NCBI GenBank assembly: GCA_964553875.1
Contig: CAZKNH010000001.1
Coordinates: 62,354 to 126,353, forward strand
DNA from: an uncultured Gammaproteobacteria bacterium
Lineage (GTDB): Bacteria > Pseudomonadota > Gammaproteobacteria > Steroidobacterales > Rariloculaceae
Direction of reading: 5' to 3'
DNA length: 64,000 nucleotides
Below are positions 37,212-46,548 of the stretch, in pieces (the first letter of the stretch is position 1; every line of letters starts with the position of its first letter). The notes below the pieces were generated by a model. It saw only the letters and a program-made list of their open reading frames with translations, made no database searches and was not told where the DNA came from. Made by a program: the position numbers and the translations under genes.

Positions 37212-38102
37212 ATGATCGATCTCGTGATCACGCAACGAAGGCGCAGCCTCGGCGGTTTCGACGTCGGACGCGTGCTGCCGTTCGCGAAGCGCCGCATGGT
37301 CGGTCCGTTCATCTTTTTCGACCACATGGGGCCCGTGCACTTCGAGCCCGGCATCCCGCGCGACGTCGACGTGCGGCCGCATCCGCATATCGGCCTTGCG
37401 ACGATTACGTATCTTTTCGCCGGCGAGATCATGCACCGAGACAGCGTCGGCTCGGTGCAGCCGATCCGGCCGGGCGAGGTGAACTGGATGACTGCGGGGC
37501 GCGGCATCACGCACTCCGAACGCTTCGAGCGCGGGCGTCGCGAGGGCGGGCCGCTCCACGGCATCCAGTCATGGGTCGCGCTGCCGACGGAGCACGAGGA
37601 GACGGAGCCCGAGTTCACGCACTATCCGGCCGACGCGCTGCCGACGTTCGACGACGGCGGCGCGGCCGGCCGGCTGATCGCGGGGACGCTGTGGGGCCTT
37701 CCGTCCCCCGTCAAGACACATTCCCCATTGTTCTACGTGCATTGGGAGCTCGGCAGGGGCAGCGAGGCGTCGCTTCCGGCCGAGTACTCCGAGCGCGCGC
37801 TTTATGTGGCGTCGGGCGCGATCGAGATCGGTCACGAGCGCGTCGCGGAAGGGCAGATGGCCGTGCTGTCGCCGGGCGAGCCGGTGAGCTTCGCGGCGGA
37901 GCAGGGCGCGGTCGTGATGGCGCTCGGCGGCGAGCCGGTCGGACACCGTTTCATCGACTGGAACTTCGTTTCATCGTCGAAGGAGCGTATCGAGCAGGCG
38001 AAGGCGGATTGGCGCGCCGGGCGCATGCCATTGCCGATCGGAGACGATCAGGAGTGGATCCCGCTGCCGGAGGAGCCGTCGCCGCCGAATCCGATGTCCT
38101 AG
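37212..38102 (+). CDS. pirin-family protein
   Basis: GAGGAGG Shine-Dalgarno upstream. Motifs PFIFFDHMGP...HPHIGLATITYLFAGEIMHRDS.G and MTAGRGITHSE. Confidence 0.9.
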   Translation: MIDLVITQRRRSLGGFDVGRVLPFAKRRMVGPFIFFDHMGPVHFEPGIPRDVDVRPHPHIGLATITYLFAGEIMHRDSVGSVQPIRPGEVNWMTAGRGITHSERFERGRREGGPLHGIQSWVALPTEHEETEPEFTHYPADALPTFDDGGAAGRLIAGTLWGLPSPVKTHSPLFYVHWELGRGSEASLPAEYSERALYVASGAIEIGHERVAEGQMAVLSPGEPVSFAAEQGAVVMALGGEPVGHRFIDWNFVSSSKERIEQAKADWRAGRMPLPIGDDQEWIPLPEEPSPPNPMS

Positions 38103-38351
38103 TGCACCTCGCGCTCGCGCCGTCGATGCTGCCGTTAGAGAAAATGGCGAACATTTCGCGCGGCGGCGCCGACCGTCGTATGCGCGGCTCGGAATAGCCG
38201 TCGCTTGCCGGATGCTGGTCCTCGAGCGCGTCGGCGCGCTTCGCTGCTCGAAGCTCGAGTCTCGAATAACGAAATAGCCCTACCGCCGCAATTTTAGGAA
38301 AGTACGCCCCGCGGGATGCAAGGATCGCATCCGTCACGCGGAGGGAACCTC

Positions 38352-39806
38352 GTGTCGCAGACCGAGACCTACGACGACCATGTCGTCCGTCTCTTTCTGC
38401 TGGCCGCGACGGTCTGGGGCATCGTCGGCATGGCGATCGGCGTGCTCGTCGCGGCCCAGCTCGCCTGGCCGTCTCTGAACTTCGACGTACCGTGGCTGAC
38501 CTTCAGCCGCCTGCGCGCGGATCACACGTTCGGCGTCGTGTTCGCGTTCGGCGGCTCGGCGCTCATGGGTACGTGCTATTACATCGTGCAGCGCACCGGA
38601 CATGCTCGGCTCGCGCTCGGCGGTCTCGCCCGCTTCACGTTCTGGGGCTGGCAGGCCGCGTGCGTGCTCGCGATGCTGACGATGCCGCTCGGCCTCACGC
38701 AGCAGAAGGAGTACGCGGAGCCCGAGTGGTTCATCGACCTCCTGATCACGGTCGTGTGGGTCGCGTTCGGCGCGGTTTTCTTCGCGACGCTGGCCCGTCG
38801 CCGGATCAAGCACATCTACGTCGCGAACTGGTACTACGGCGCGTTCATCATCGCCGTCGGGCTGCTGCACGTCGTCAACAACCTCGCGATCCCGGCGTCG
38901 TGGACGAAGTCCTATCCGATCTACGCAGGCGTCGTCGACGCGATGGTGCAGTGGTGGTACGGGCATAACGCCGTCGCGTTCTTCCTGACCGCCGGCTTCC
39001 TCGGGATGATGTACTACTTCGTCCCGCGCCAGGCCCAGCAGCCGCTCTGGAGCTACCGCTTCTCGATCGTGAACTTCTGGGCGCTGATCTCGATTTACAT
39101 GTGGGCGGGACCGCATCACCTGCTCTACACGTCTCTGCCCGACTGGGTGCAGTCCGTCGGCGCGGCGTTCTCTCTCGTGCTCCTGATGCCGAGCCTCGGC
39201 TCCGCCGCGAACGGGCTCATGACGTTCAACGGCGCGTGGGACAAGCTGCGCACCGATCCGGCGGTGAAGTTCATGGTCGTCGCCCTCGTGTTCTACGCGG
39301 CGTCGACGTTCGAGGGCTCGATGCTCGCGATCAAGTCGCTGAACTCGCTGTCGCATTACACGGACTGGACCGTCGCGCACGTGCACTCGGGCTCCTTGGG
39401 CTGGGTCGCGATGATCACGATCGGGTCGCTCTACGCGATGGCGCCGCGTGCGCTCGACCGGCCGGCGATGCATTCGATCCGTGCGATGAACGTGCACTTC
39501 TGGCTCCACACGACCGGGCTCCTGCTCTACGTCGCGTCGATGTGGACGGCTGGGATCGTCGAGGGGCTGATGTGGCGTGCGACGAACGCGGACGGCTCGC
39601 TGACGTACAGCTTCCTCGAGAGCCTGATCGCCGTGAAGCCGTTCTACGTGATCCGGCTCCTCGGCGGGCTCCTGATCGTCGCCGGCATGGGCGTGATGGC
39701 GTGGAACATGTGGCACACCGCCGCGCTCGCGCGGGCGAAGCTGATCAACGCGATCCGCATTCCGATGCCGGAGCCCGGCGGGCGGCATGCGCCTTCGACG
39801 ACCTGA
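38352..39806 (+). CDS. ccoN: cbb3-type cytochrome c oxidase subunit I
   Basis: GTG start with GGAGGG 6 nt upstream; an in-frame ATG at 38316 is the alternative. Motifs [31 protein letters not shown] and [17 protein letters not shown]. Confidence 0.9.
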   Translation: MSQTETYDDHVVRLFLLAATVWGIVGMAIGVLVAAQLAWPSLNFDVPWLTFSRLRADHTFGVVFAFGGSALMGTCYYIVQRTGHARLALGGLARFTFWGWQAACVLAMLTMPLGLTQQKEYAEPEWFIDLLITVVWVAFGAVFFATLARRRIKHIYVANWYYGAFIIAVGLLHVVNNLAIPASWTKSYPIYAGVVDAMVQWWYGHNAVAFFLTAGFLGMMYYFVPRQAQQPLWSYRFSIVNFWALISIYMWAGPHHLLYTSLPDWVQSVGAAFSLVLLMPSLGSAANGLMTFNGAWDKLRTDPAVKFMVVALVFYAASTFEGSMLAIKSLNSLSHYTDWTVAHVHSGSLGWVAMITIGSLYAMAPRALDRPAMHSIRAMNVHFWLHTTGLLLYVASMWTAGIVEGLMWRATNADGSLTYSFLESLIAVKPFYVIRLLGGLLIVAGMGVMAWNMWHTAALARAKLINAIRIPMPEPGGRHAPSTT

Positions 39807-39822
39807 CAGGCGAGGCCGAACG

Positions 39823-40440
39823 ATGAAGATCCGTTACAAGTACTTCGAGGCGATCGAGAAGCACGCGGGGCTCCTCGCCGTGCTGATCGGCTTCATGGTA
39901 GCGATCGGCGGTCTCGCCGAGATCACGCCGCTCTTCATGCGCGCGCACGAGACGCAGCCGGCGCCGGGGATCGAGCCGTACGATCCGCTCCGGCTCGCGG
40001 GCCGCGATGTCTACGTGCGCGAAGGCTGTCATGTGTGCCATTCGCAGATGATTCGCACGCTGAGCTTCGAGACGGAGCGCTACGGCGACTACTCCGTCGC
40101 GGGCGAGTTCGTCTACGACCGGCCGTTCCAGTGGGGCTCGAAGCGCACGGGACCCGACCTCGCGCGGATCGGCGGCAAGTACACGGACGAGTGGCACCGG
40201 CTGCATCTGATTTCGCCGCGTGACGTCGTGCCGGAGTCGAACATGCCGAACTACCCGTGGCTCGCGGACGCGCCGATCGACGCGAAGGAGATCCAGGCGC
40301 GAATGCGGAGCCTGAAGCGCCTCGGCGATCCGTACGACGACGCGGACATCGAGGCGGCGCCGGCCGCGCTCGAAGGCAAGAGCGAGCTCGACGCGCTGAT
40401 CGCATATCTCCAGGGACTCGGGACGAGGGCGGCGGAATGA
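39823..40440 (+). CDS. ccoO: cbb3-type cytochrome c oxidase subunit II (monohaem)
   Basis: Motifs GRDVYVREGCHVCHSQMIR, YDRPFQWGSKRTGPDLARIGGKY and NMPNYPWL. Confidence 0.9.
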   Translation: MKIRYKYFEAIEKHAGLLAVLIGFMVAIGGLAEITPLFMRAHETQPAPGIEPYDPLRLAGRDVYVREGCHVCHSQMIRTLSFETERYGDYSVAGEFVYDRPFQWGSKRTGPDLARIGGKYTDEWHRLHLISPRDVVPESNMPNYPWLADAPIDAKEIQARMRSLKRLGDPYDDADIEAAPAALEGKSELDALIAYLQGLGTRAAE

Positions 40441-40655
40441 GCGCGCTTTGGGGACACGTCATCGGCGTCGTGACGGTGATCCTGATGGCGACCTTCATCG
40501 GCATCTGGATCTGGGCGTGGCGGCCGCGCCACCGGCCCGTGTTCGACGAGCTCGCGCAGATTCCGATGCAGGACGGCCGCGCGAGCACGGAGCGCAAGGA
40601 AGCGTCCGAGTGCTGCTGCAATCGGGGGCCGGAGGATCGAGGACCGACGACATGA
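40437..40655 (+). CDS. ccoQ: cbb3 oxidase subunit CcoQ (FixQ-like)
   Basis: The ATG overlaps the ccoO stop (ATGA). It has a single TM plus IWIWAWRPRHRPVFDELAQIPMQD. The stop overlaps the ccoP ATG. Confidence 0.7.
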   Translation: MSALWGHVIGVVTVILMATFIGIWIWAWRPRHRPVFDELAQIPMQDGRASTERKEASECCCNRGPEDRGPTT

Positions 40656-41569
40656 ACGGATTCTGGTCGGGTTGGGTCATCTTCTTCATCGTGCTGAATC
40701 TCGGCATTGCGCTGTTCCTGTTCGTCTTCAGCCAGCGCGTCGAGATTCCGACCAAACCGGACGGCACGACGGGTCACGCGTGGGCGCACGGCGTGCTGCG
40801 GGAGGGCGTGCGGCGCCTGCCGCTCTGGTGGGTCGTGATCTCTGCCGCATCGTTGATCGTCGCGATCGTCTATCTCGTGCTGTATCCCGCGCTCGGCGGT
40901 TACGGCGGTCTGCTGGGGTGGACGTCCGCTGCGGAGTACGAGCGCGTCGCCGCCGAGCGCGCCGCGCGTCTCGAGCCGGTTCTCGCGTCGCTTGGCGAGC
41001 GGGAGCTCGACTCGATTCCTGCGCATGATCCCGCCGCGGTCGTCGGCCGGCGTCTCTACCTCGACAACTGTGCCGCATGCCACGGGACCGACGCGACGGG
41101 GAACACCGTGCTCGGTGCGCCGAACCTGACGGATTCGGCATGGCTCTATGGCGGCGATCCCGACACCGTGATCGCGAGCATCCTCGACGGCCGGCATGGA
41201 ACGATGCCGCCGTGGGGTGCGGTCCTCGGCGACGAAGGCGTCGTCAACGTCGCGTCGTACGTGCGGAGCCTCGCCGGTCTCGACGCGTCGGCCGAGCGTG
41301 CCGCAGCGGGCAAGACGCAGTTCGAGACGCTGTGCGCCGCATGTCACGGCGTCGACGGTAAGGGCCTGCAGGCGCTCGGCGCGCCGGATCTGACCGATGA
41401 CGACTGGCTCTACGGCAGCGATCTCACGAGCGTGATCGCGTCGATCCGCGACGGGCGCAGCGGCGAAATGCCGGCATGGCGCGGGCGGCTCAGCGAGAAC
41501 GAGGCGCGTGCGATCGCGGCATGGCTCTACACGCAGCAGCGGCAGCCGCGGCTTGCGGCCCGCCAGTGA
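40652..41569 (+). CDS. ccoP: cbb3-type cytochrome c oxidase subunit III (dihaem)
   Basis: N-terminal TM. Two CxxCH sites (CAACHG twice). Motifs GAPNLTDSAWLYGGD and GAPDLTDDDWLYGSD. Confidence 0.9.
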   Translation: MNGFWSGWVIFFIVLNLGIALFLFVFSQRVEIPTKPDGTTGHAWAHGVLREGVRRLPLWWVVISAASLIVAIVYLVLYPALGGYGGLLGWTSAAEYERVAAERAARLEPVLASLGERELDSIPAHDPAAVVGRRLYLDNCAACHGTDATGNTVLGAPNLTDSAWLYGGDPDTVIASILDGRHGTMPPWGAVLGDEGVVNVASYVRSLAGLDASAERAAAGKTQFETLCAACHGVDGKGLQALGAPDLTDDDWLYGSDLTSVIASIRDGRSGEMPAWRGRLSENEARAIAAWLYTQQRQPRLAARQ

Positions 41570-41595
41570 ACGCGGACCGACGCAGGGAGCACGGT

Positions 41596-41811
41596 ATGCA
41601 CACGCGGCCGATCGGAGCGCTCGCCGCACGGCGAACGGACTCCGTCTTCCGACTGCCGATCGTGTGGCTCGCGCTCGCGCTCTTCGTCGCGACGATCGCA
41701 GGCTGCATCGTCACGATCATGATCGCGGTCGCGCAGCCCGACGCGGCGCTCCCTGACGTCGGCGAGCGGCTGCTGAACGTGCCGACGGCGCACACGGAGA
41801 CCGAGCGATGA
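41596..41811 (+). CDS. small single-TM protein in the CcoH/FixH position
   Basis: 71 aa with TM LPIVWLALALFVATIAGCIVTIMIAV. The stop overlaps the ccoI ATG (ATGA). It resembles only the N-terminal anchor of FixH. Confidence 0.45.
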   Translation: MHTRPIGALAARRTDSVFRLPIVWLALALFVATIAGCIVTIMIAVAQPDAALPDVGERLLNVPTAHTETER

Positions 41812-44084
41812 GCGCCGGCGTCTGCGCGGACGACGCGCATCGCGTCTGGGCCCGTCCCGAGATCGCGCGCCACGCGATCCGCGACCTCGGGGCCGGCCGT
41901 CGCGAGACGCTGCTCCTGGTCGACGGCGTGCGCTGCGCGGGATGCGTCCGGAGCATCGAGCGGGCGCTGACCGCGGAGCCCGGTGTCGTCGACGTGCAGA
42001 TCAACCCGGCGTCGCGCCGCGCTCGCATCGTCTGGCGCGATCCCGACACGTCGCTGCCGCAGCTTCTCGACGCGGTCGCGCGCGCGGGGTATCGCGCGTT
42101 GCCGCTCGATGCCGAGGCGCTCGACGACGTGCGGCGTCACGAGTCGAGGTCCGCGTTGAAGCGCCTGATCGTTGCCGCATTCGGCGCGATGCAGGCGATG
42201 ATGTACGCGGGCGTGCTGTATCTAGGCGATCCGGATGCCCTCGACCTCGCCACTCGCGACTTCTTCCGTTGGCTCGGCTTCCTCGTCGCGACGCCGGTCG
42301 TCCTCTATTCCGGGCGGCCGTTCTTCGCGGGCGCGCTCCGGTCGCTCAAGGCGCGGCGTCCGGGCATGGACGTGCCGGTCGCGCTCGCGGTCGCGGGCAT
42401 CTACGTCGCGAGCCTGATCGAGGCCGTGCGCGGCGGCGAGCACGTCTATTTCGAATCCGTATCGATGTTCGTGTTCTTCCTGCTGATCGGCCGCTACGTC
42501 GAGATGTGCGCACGGCACCGCGCGGGCGACCTGACCGACGCGCTCGCGCGGCTCACGCCGCCTCATGCGGACCGTCGGCTGCCGAACGGCGAGATCGAGC
42601 GCGTCGGGATCCGCGAGCTCGTGCCGGGCGATCGCGTGCGCGTCGCCGAAGGCGCGGTCGTTCCCGCGGACGGCGTCCTGCTCGCCGAGCGCTGCCTGGT
42701 CGACGAAGCGTTGCTGTCCGGCGAGTCCGCACCGGTCGAGCGGCGCCGCGGTGAGATGCTCGTCGGCGGGAGCGTTCTGGTCGACGGGCCCGTCGACATT
42801 CGCGTCGAGCGCGTCGGCAGCGACACCGCGCTCGCCGGCATCGCGGAGCTCGTCGGCCGCGCGCAGGCATCGCGCCCGCGGCTCGCACAGGCCGGCGAGC
42901 GGGCGGCGTCGCGCTTCGTGATCAGGGTCCTCGTGCTGACGGGCATCACGGCCGCGGCATGGAGCTTCGTCGATCCGTCGCGCGCGTTCACCGCCGCGCT
43001 CGCGGTGCTCGTCGTGTCGTGCCCGTGCGCGTTCGCGCTCGCCGTGCCGGTCGCGATCACACGGGCGCTCGCGGTGCTCGCGCGCCGCGGCGTGCTCGTC
43101 GTGAAGCCCGATGCGCTCGAAGCGCTCGCGGGTGCGACACACGTCGTCTTCGACAAGACCGGCACGTTGACCGAGCCGGCGTTGACGATCAGCCGCATCG
43201 AGACGCGGGGCCGATACTCCGACGCGGAAGCGCTTCGACTCGCCGCGGCGCTTGCCCGAGAGAGTCGGCATCCGGCCGCTCGCGCGATCGCCGCTGCGTG
43301 TCCCGAGCGCGTGCTCGATGCCGCAACCGAAGTCGAAATGAAACCGGGTCTCGGTGTCCGTGCGACGGTCGGCGGGCGCGAGCTCAGGCTGGGACGTGCC
43401 GACTTTGCCCTCGGCGAAAGACTCGCGAAGCCTTTGGACGAGGACGCGGTCGTGCTCGCCGACGATGCCGGGGTCATCGCGGCATTCCGCCTGAGCGAGC
43501 GCCTCCGGCCGGACGCGCGCGACGCCGTCGACGCGCTCGAGCGGCAGGGGGTTAAGGTGTCGATCGCGAGCGGCGATTCCGCCGAGAAGGTGCGCGCGAT
43601 CGCCGCGAAGCTCGGCGTCCGCGACTGGCACGCGCGGCAGATGCCGGCGGATAAGCTCGCACGACTCGCGGCGCTCCGCGAGCGCAGCGAGCGTGTGGTC
43701 GCGGTCGGCGACGGCGTGAACGACGCGCCCGTGCTCGGCGGCGCCGACGTCGCCGTCGCGCTCGCGGAGGGCGCCGAGCTCGCGCAGGCGACGAGCGATA
43801 TCGTGCTGACCGGCGGCCGGCTCACGCATCTGCCGCGAGCGCGCGCGATCGCGATCGAGACGTTAAAGATCCTGAAGCAGAACCAGCGCTGGGCGCTCGG
43901 CTACAACCTCTCGGTCGTGCCGCTCGCCGCGCTCGGCTTCGTGCCGCCGCTGCTCGCGGCGCTCGGCATGTCGTTGAGCTCGCTCGTCGTCGTGCTGAAC
44001 GCGATGCGGATCGGCCGTCGGGACGCGGGCGCTGCCGCTCGCCCTCTCGAAAGGCCCGCTGTGCCCGCCGAGGATCCGGCATGA
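41808..44084 (+). CDS. ccoI: copper-translocating P1B-type ATPase (CcoI/FixI)
   Basis: HMA motif GVRCAGCV, CPC (SCPCAFALA), DKTGTLT and GDGVNDAP. Confidence 0.9.
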   Translation: MSAGVCADDAHRVWARPEIARHAIRDLGAGRRETLLLVDGVRCAGCVRSIERALTAEPGVVDVQINPASRRARIVWRDPDTSLPQLLDAVARAGYRALPLDAEALDDVRRHESRSALKRLIVAAFGAMQAMMYAGVLYLGDPDALDLATRDFFRWLGFLVATPVVLYSGRPFFAGALRSLKARRPGMDVPVALAVAGIYVASLIEAVRGGEHVYFESVSMFVFFLLIGRYVEMCARHRAGDLTDALARLTPPHADRRLPNGEIERVGIRELVPGDRVRVAEGAVVPADGVLLAERCLVDEALLSGESAPVERRRGEMLVGGSVLVDGPVDIRVERVGSDTALAGIAELVGRAQASRPRLAQAGERAASRFVIRVLVLTGITAAAWSFVDPSRAFTAALAVLVVSCPCAFALAVPVAITRALAVLARRGVLVVKPDALEALAGATHVVFDKTGTLTEPALTISRIETRGRYSDAEALRLAAALARESRHPAARAIAAACPERVLDAATEVEMKPGLGVRATVGGRELRLGRADFALGERLAKPLDEDAVVLADDAGVIAAFRLSERLRPDARDAVDALERQGVKVSIASGDSAEKVRAIAAKLGVRDWHARQMPADKLARLAALRERSERVVAVGDGVNDAPVLGGADVAVALAEGAELAQATSDIVLTGGRLTHLPRARAIAIETLKILKQNQRWALGYNLSVVPLAALGFVPPLLAALGMSLSSLVVVLNAMRIGRRDAGAAARPLERPAVPAEDPA

Positions 44085-44275
44085 ACGTGCTGGTCGTGAT
44101 GATCCCGCTGTCGCTGGTGCTCCTCGCGGGCGCGGTCGCGGCGTTCTTCTGGGCCGTCGATCACGATCAGTTCGCGGACATGGAGACGCCGGCCCTCGTT
44201 CCGCTCGACGACGATCCGTCGGTCGCCCCGGCGCACGCGGCGGACGCTATCCGAGCCCGAACGGCGCGGCGTTAG
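44081..44275 (+). CDS. ccoS: cbb3 oxidase maturation protein CcoS/FixS
   Basis: 64 aa. The ATG overlaps the ccoI stop. It has a single TM plus FFWAVDHDQFADME. Confidence 0.8.
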   Translation: MNVLVVMIPLSLVLLAGAVAAFFWAVDHDQFADMETPALVPLDDDPSVAPAHAADAIRARTARR

Positions 44276-44365
44276 AGCGGTAAAGCTCGACGCCGGGGTT
44301 TCAGGACAGCGACTCCGAACGCCGGTCGGAAACCCGGCGCTTCGGCCAGTCAGCGAGGCTTCGCG

Positions 44366-44878
44366 CTAACGATCGTCGCCGGCGTCCGTTTCGCCGCGCC
44401 CGGTCTCATCGTCCGCGTCGTCCGGCAGCTCGACCTGCTCGACGTCGACCGCTTCCCCCCGGCCCCGCTGCCCGGCGACGCTCCTGATCTCCGCGATCTC
44501 CGCCTCGGTGATCGGATTGAACTCGCCGAGCCGGCACGTGAAGCCCGGACCGAAACCGGTGAGCTCGAGCACCGTGATCGTCGTATCGTCGCAGAGGTTC
44601 GCGGTGCGGCGCTCGTACGTGAAGCGCTTCTCGCGTCCGAGGTTCGGGCAGCGCTGCGGCAGGTAGTTGACGTACGCCTCGCCGCGGCTGCGCATGTGGA
44701 AGATGATCGTGTTGTCGTCGATGACTTCCGTGCGGTCGATCCGCGACGCGAGGATGCAGTCCCGCGGCGTGCGGTCGAATCGAGCGCTGTCGTCGGATGC
44801 GGCGTCGTTCTGGGCCGAGACGGGAAGGGCGTAAAGGGCTGCGGCGGCGATCACAACCGCGCGGAAGGAGCCGAGCAT
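44366..44878 (-). CDS. secreted DUF6491-like protein with acidic C-terminal tail
   Basis: Signal peptide ending PVSAQ. The conserved-Cys pattern DC...I......D.....F....Y...L...CP.L............LC.DD is as I remember for DUF6491. The tail is rich in D/E. Confidence 0.5.
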   Translation of the reverse strand: MLGSFRAVVIAAAALYALPVSAQNDAASDDSARFDRTPRDCILASRIDRTEVIDDNTIIFHMRSRGEAYVNYLPQRCPNLGREKRFTYERRTANLCDDTTITVLELTGFGPGFTCRLGEFNPITEAEIAEIRSVAGQRGRGEAVDVEQVELPDDADDETGRGETDAGDDR

Positions 44879-45044
44879 GACGTCACCTCCTCGAACCTCG
44901 GTACGGGAACCGGGCGTTACACCTTTATAGCACAGCCGTCGCGGCGGTCGACGCGGCGGCGGGGCGTACGGTTTTCGCTACTTTATCGCGGGGCCAGTCG
45001 AGGCGGATACTTTTGGCCCTCCGTAGATTCGTCAGGGGAGGAGT

Positions 45045-45557
45045 GTGATGAGCACGAAGACCGAACTGCCCGGGCGGCTCGCGGCGCGCCACGCCCGCGC
45101 GCCAAAGGCCCTCTCCGCCGCGGCCGTCGCCGCCCTGCTGCTCGGCGCGCCGACGCTCGCGCAGGACAGCGGCGCGAAGAGCCCGACGTTCACGCCGCTC
45201 GTATCCATCAAGGAGCTGATGGAGAAGACGATCACGCCGGCCACGAACACGCTGTGGAATGCGTTCGAGCCGCCGACCGAGGAGGCGCAGTGGGCTGCGC
45301 TCGAGGAGGCCGCCATCACGCTGCTCGCCGCGGCGAGTGTCGTCGCCCAGGGCGGCACGGGGCCGATGGACGCCGAGTGGGCCCGCGAGCCCGGCTGGCA
45401 GGCGTATAACCAGGTGATGATCGACGCCGGACGCATGGCGCTCGAGGCGATCCGCAACCGGGACCACGACAAGCTGCTCGAGGCCGGCGACGTTCTGTAT
45501 CCGCCGTGCGAGGGCTGTCATCAGCAGTACAATCCCGGCGTGATCAACGCGCAGTAG
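45045..45557 (+). CDS. cytochrome c'-like (class II, C-terminal CxxCH) protein
   Basis: Signal peptide ending PTLAQ and a helical-looking body. A single haem site, CEGCH, lies 15 residues from the C-terminus. Confidence 0.6.
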   Translation: MMSTKTELPGRLAARHARAPKALSAAAVAALLLGAPTLAQDSGAKSPTFTPLVSIKELMEKTITPATNTLWNAFEPPTEEAQWAALEEAAITLLAAASVVAQGGTGPMDAEWAREPGWQAYNQVMIDAGRMALEAIRNRDHDKLLEAGDVLYPPCEGCHQQYNPGVINAQ

Positions 45558-45649
45558 CGCGGGAACGCGAACGCGTTCCATGACGGCGGCGCCGGCGCGG
45601 CCTATCGTCGTTGCCGGCGGCCGGGCTGCTCCGCCGGGAGGAGGCGCGG

Positions 45650-46444
45650 ATGGATCGTCTCGCGGGCTTGTTCGTGGGGCTCTTGCTCCTTTCGGCGTTC
45701 TTCTGGATCGTCGAGTCGCTCTTCGCTGCGAACCCCGATCAGCCGCGGCTTCACCGTCGCCGCGGCTTCGCGACCGACGTCGTGTACTGGTTCGCGACCC
45801 CGCTCGTCACGAAGTCGATCTCGCAGATCGGTCTCGCGCTGCTCCTCGTGCTGATCTACCGCGAACGGCCCGTCGAAATCCGCGAGATGCTCCTCGCTCG
45901 CGAAACCGGCCTCGCGAGCCAGCCGCTGTGGCTGCAGGCGATCGAGATCCTCGTCATCGGCGACTTCATTGCGTACTGGATGCATCGCGCGTTCCACGGT
46001 CGGCGGCTGTGGAAGTTCCATGCGATCCATCACTGCTCGAAGGACCTCGACTGGCTGTCGTCGGTGCGGCTCCATCCGGTGAACGACTGGCTGACCCGCT
46101 GGGTGCAGGCCTCCGCGCTCGTGCTGCTCGGCTTCAGCCCGCTCGCGGTTGCCGCATACGTGCCGTTCTTGACGTTTTACGCGATCTTCCTGCACGCGAA
46201 CGTTTCGTGGGGGTTCGGCCCGCTCGGTAAAGTCGTCGCGAGCCCGCGATTCCACCGCTGGCACCATACGTCCGAGGACGAAGGGCTCGACAAGAACTTC
46301 GCAGGGCTCTTTCCGTTCTTCGACGTGCTGTTCGGCACGTATTACATGCCGAAGGACCGCGTGCCGAAGCGTTTCGGAATCCGCAACGACGACGTGCCGG
46401 AAGGGTTCCTCGGGCAGCTCGCGTATCCGTTCCGCGCGGCGTGA
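45650..46444 (+). CDS. fatty-acid hydroxylase / sterol desaturase family membrane di-iron enzyme
   Basis: Histidine boxes HRAFH, HAIHH and HRWHH, with hydrophobic segments. Confidence 0.85.
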   Translation: MDRLAGLFVGLLLLSAFFWIVESLFAANPDQPRLHRRRGFATDVVYWFATPLVTKSISQIGLALLLVLIYRERPVEIREMLLARETGLASQPLWLQAIEILVIGDFIAYWMHRAFHGRRLWKFHAIHHCSKDLDWLSSVRLHPVNDWLTRWVQASALVLLGFSPLAVAAYVPFLTFYAIFLHANVSWGFGPLGKVVASPRFHRWHHTSEDEGLDKNFAGLFPFFDVLFGTYYMPKDRVPKRFGIRNDDVPEGFLGQLAYPFRAA

Positions 46445-46548
46445 GCGCAAGCGTCCGACGGACGCGCGCTGATCCCGCATCGACGACGCCGCTCGGCCGG
46501 CGCACGCTGCTCAACGGGCGCAGAGGTCGCTCCCGCCGCGCGCCGTAG

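Noticed and set aside
38103-38351. An FNR/Anr box (TTGAT-N4-ATCAA) upstream of ccoN.
   Set aside because: No such site is visible. The only dyad is GGATGC-N7-GCATCC at 38314-38332, which sits about 20 nt before the GTG start and does not match the FNR consensus.
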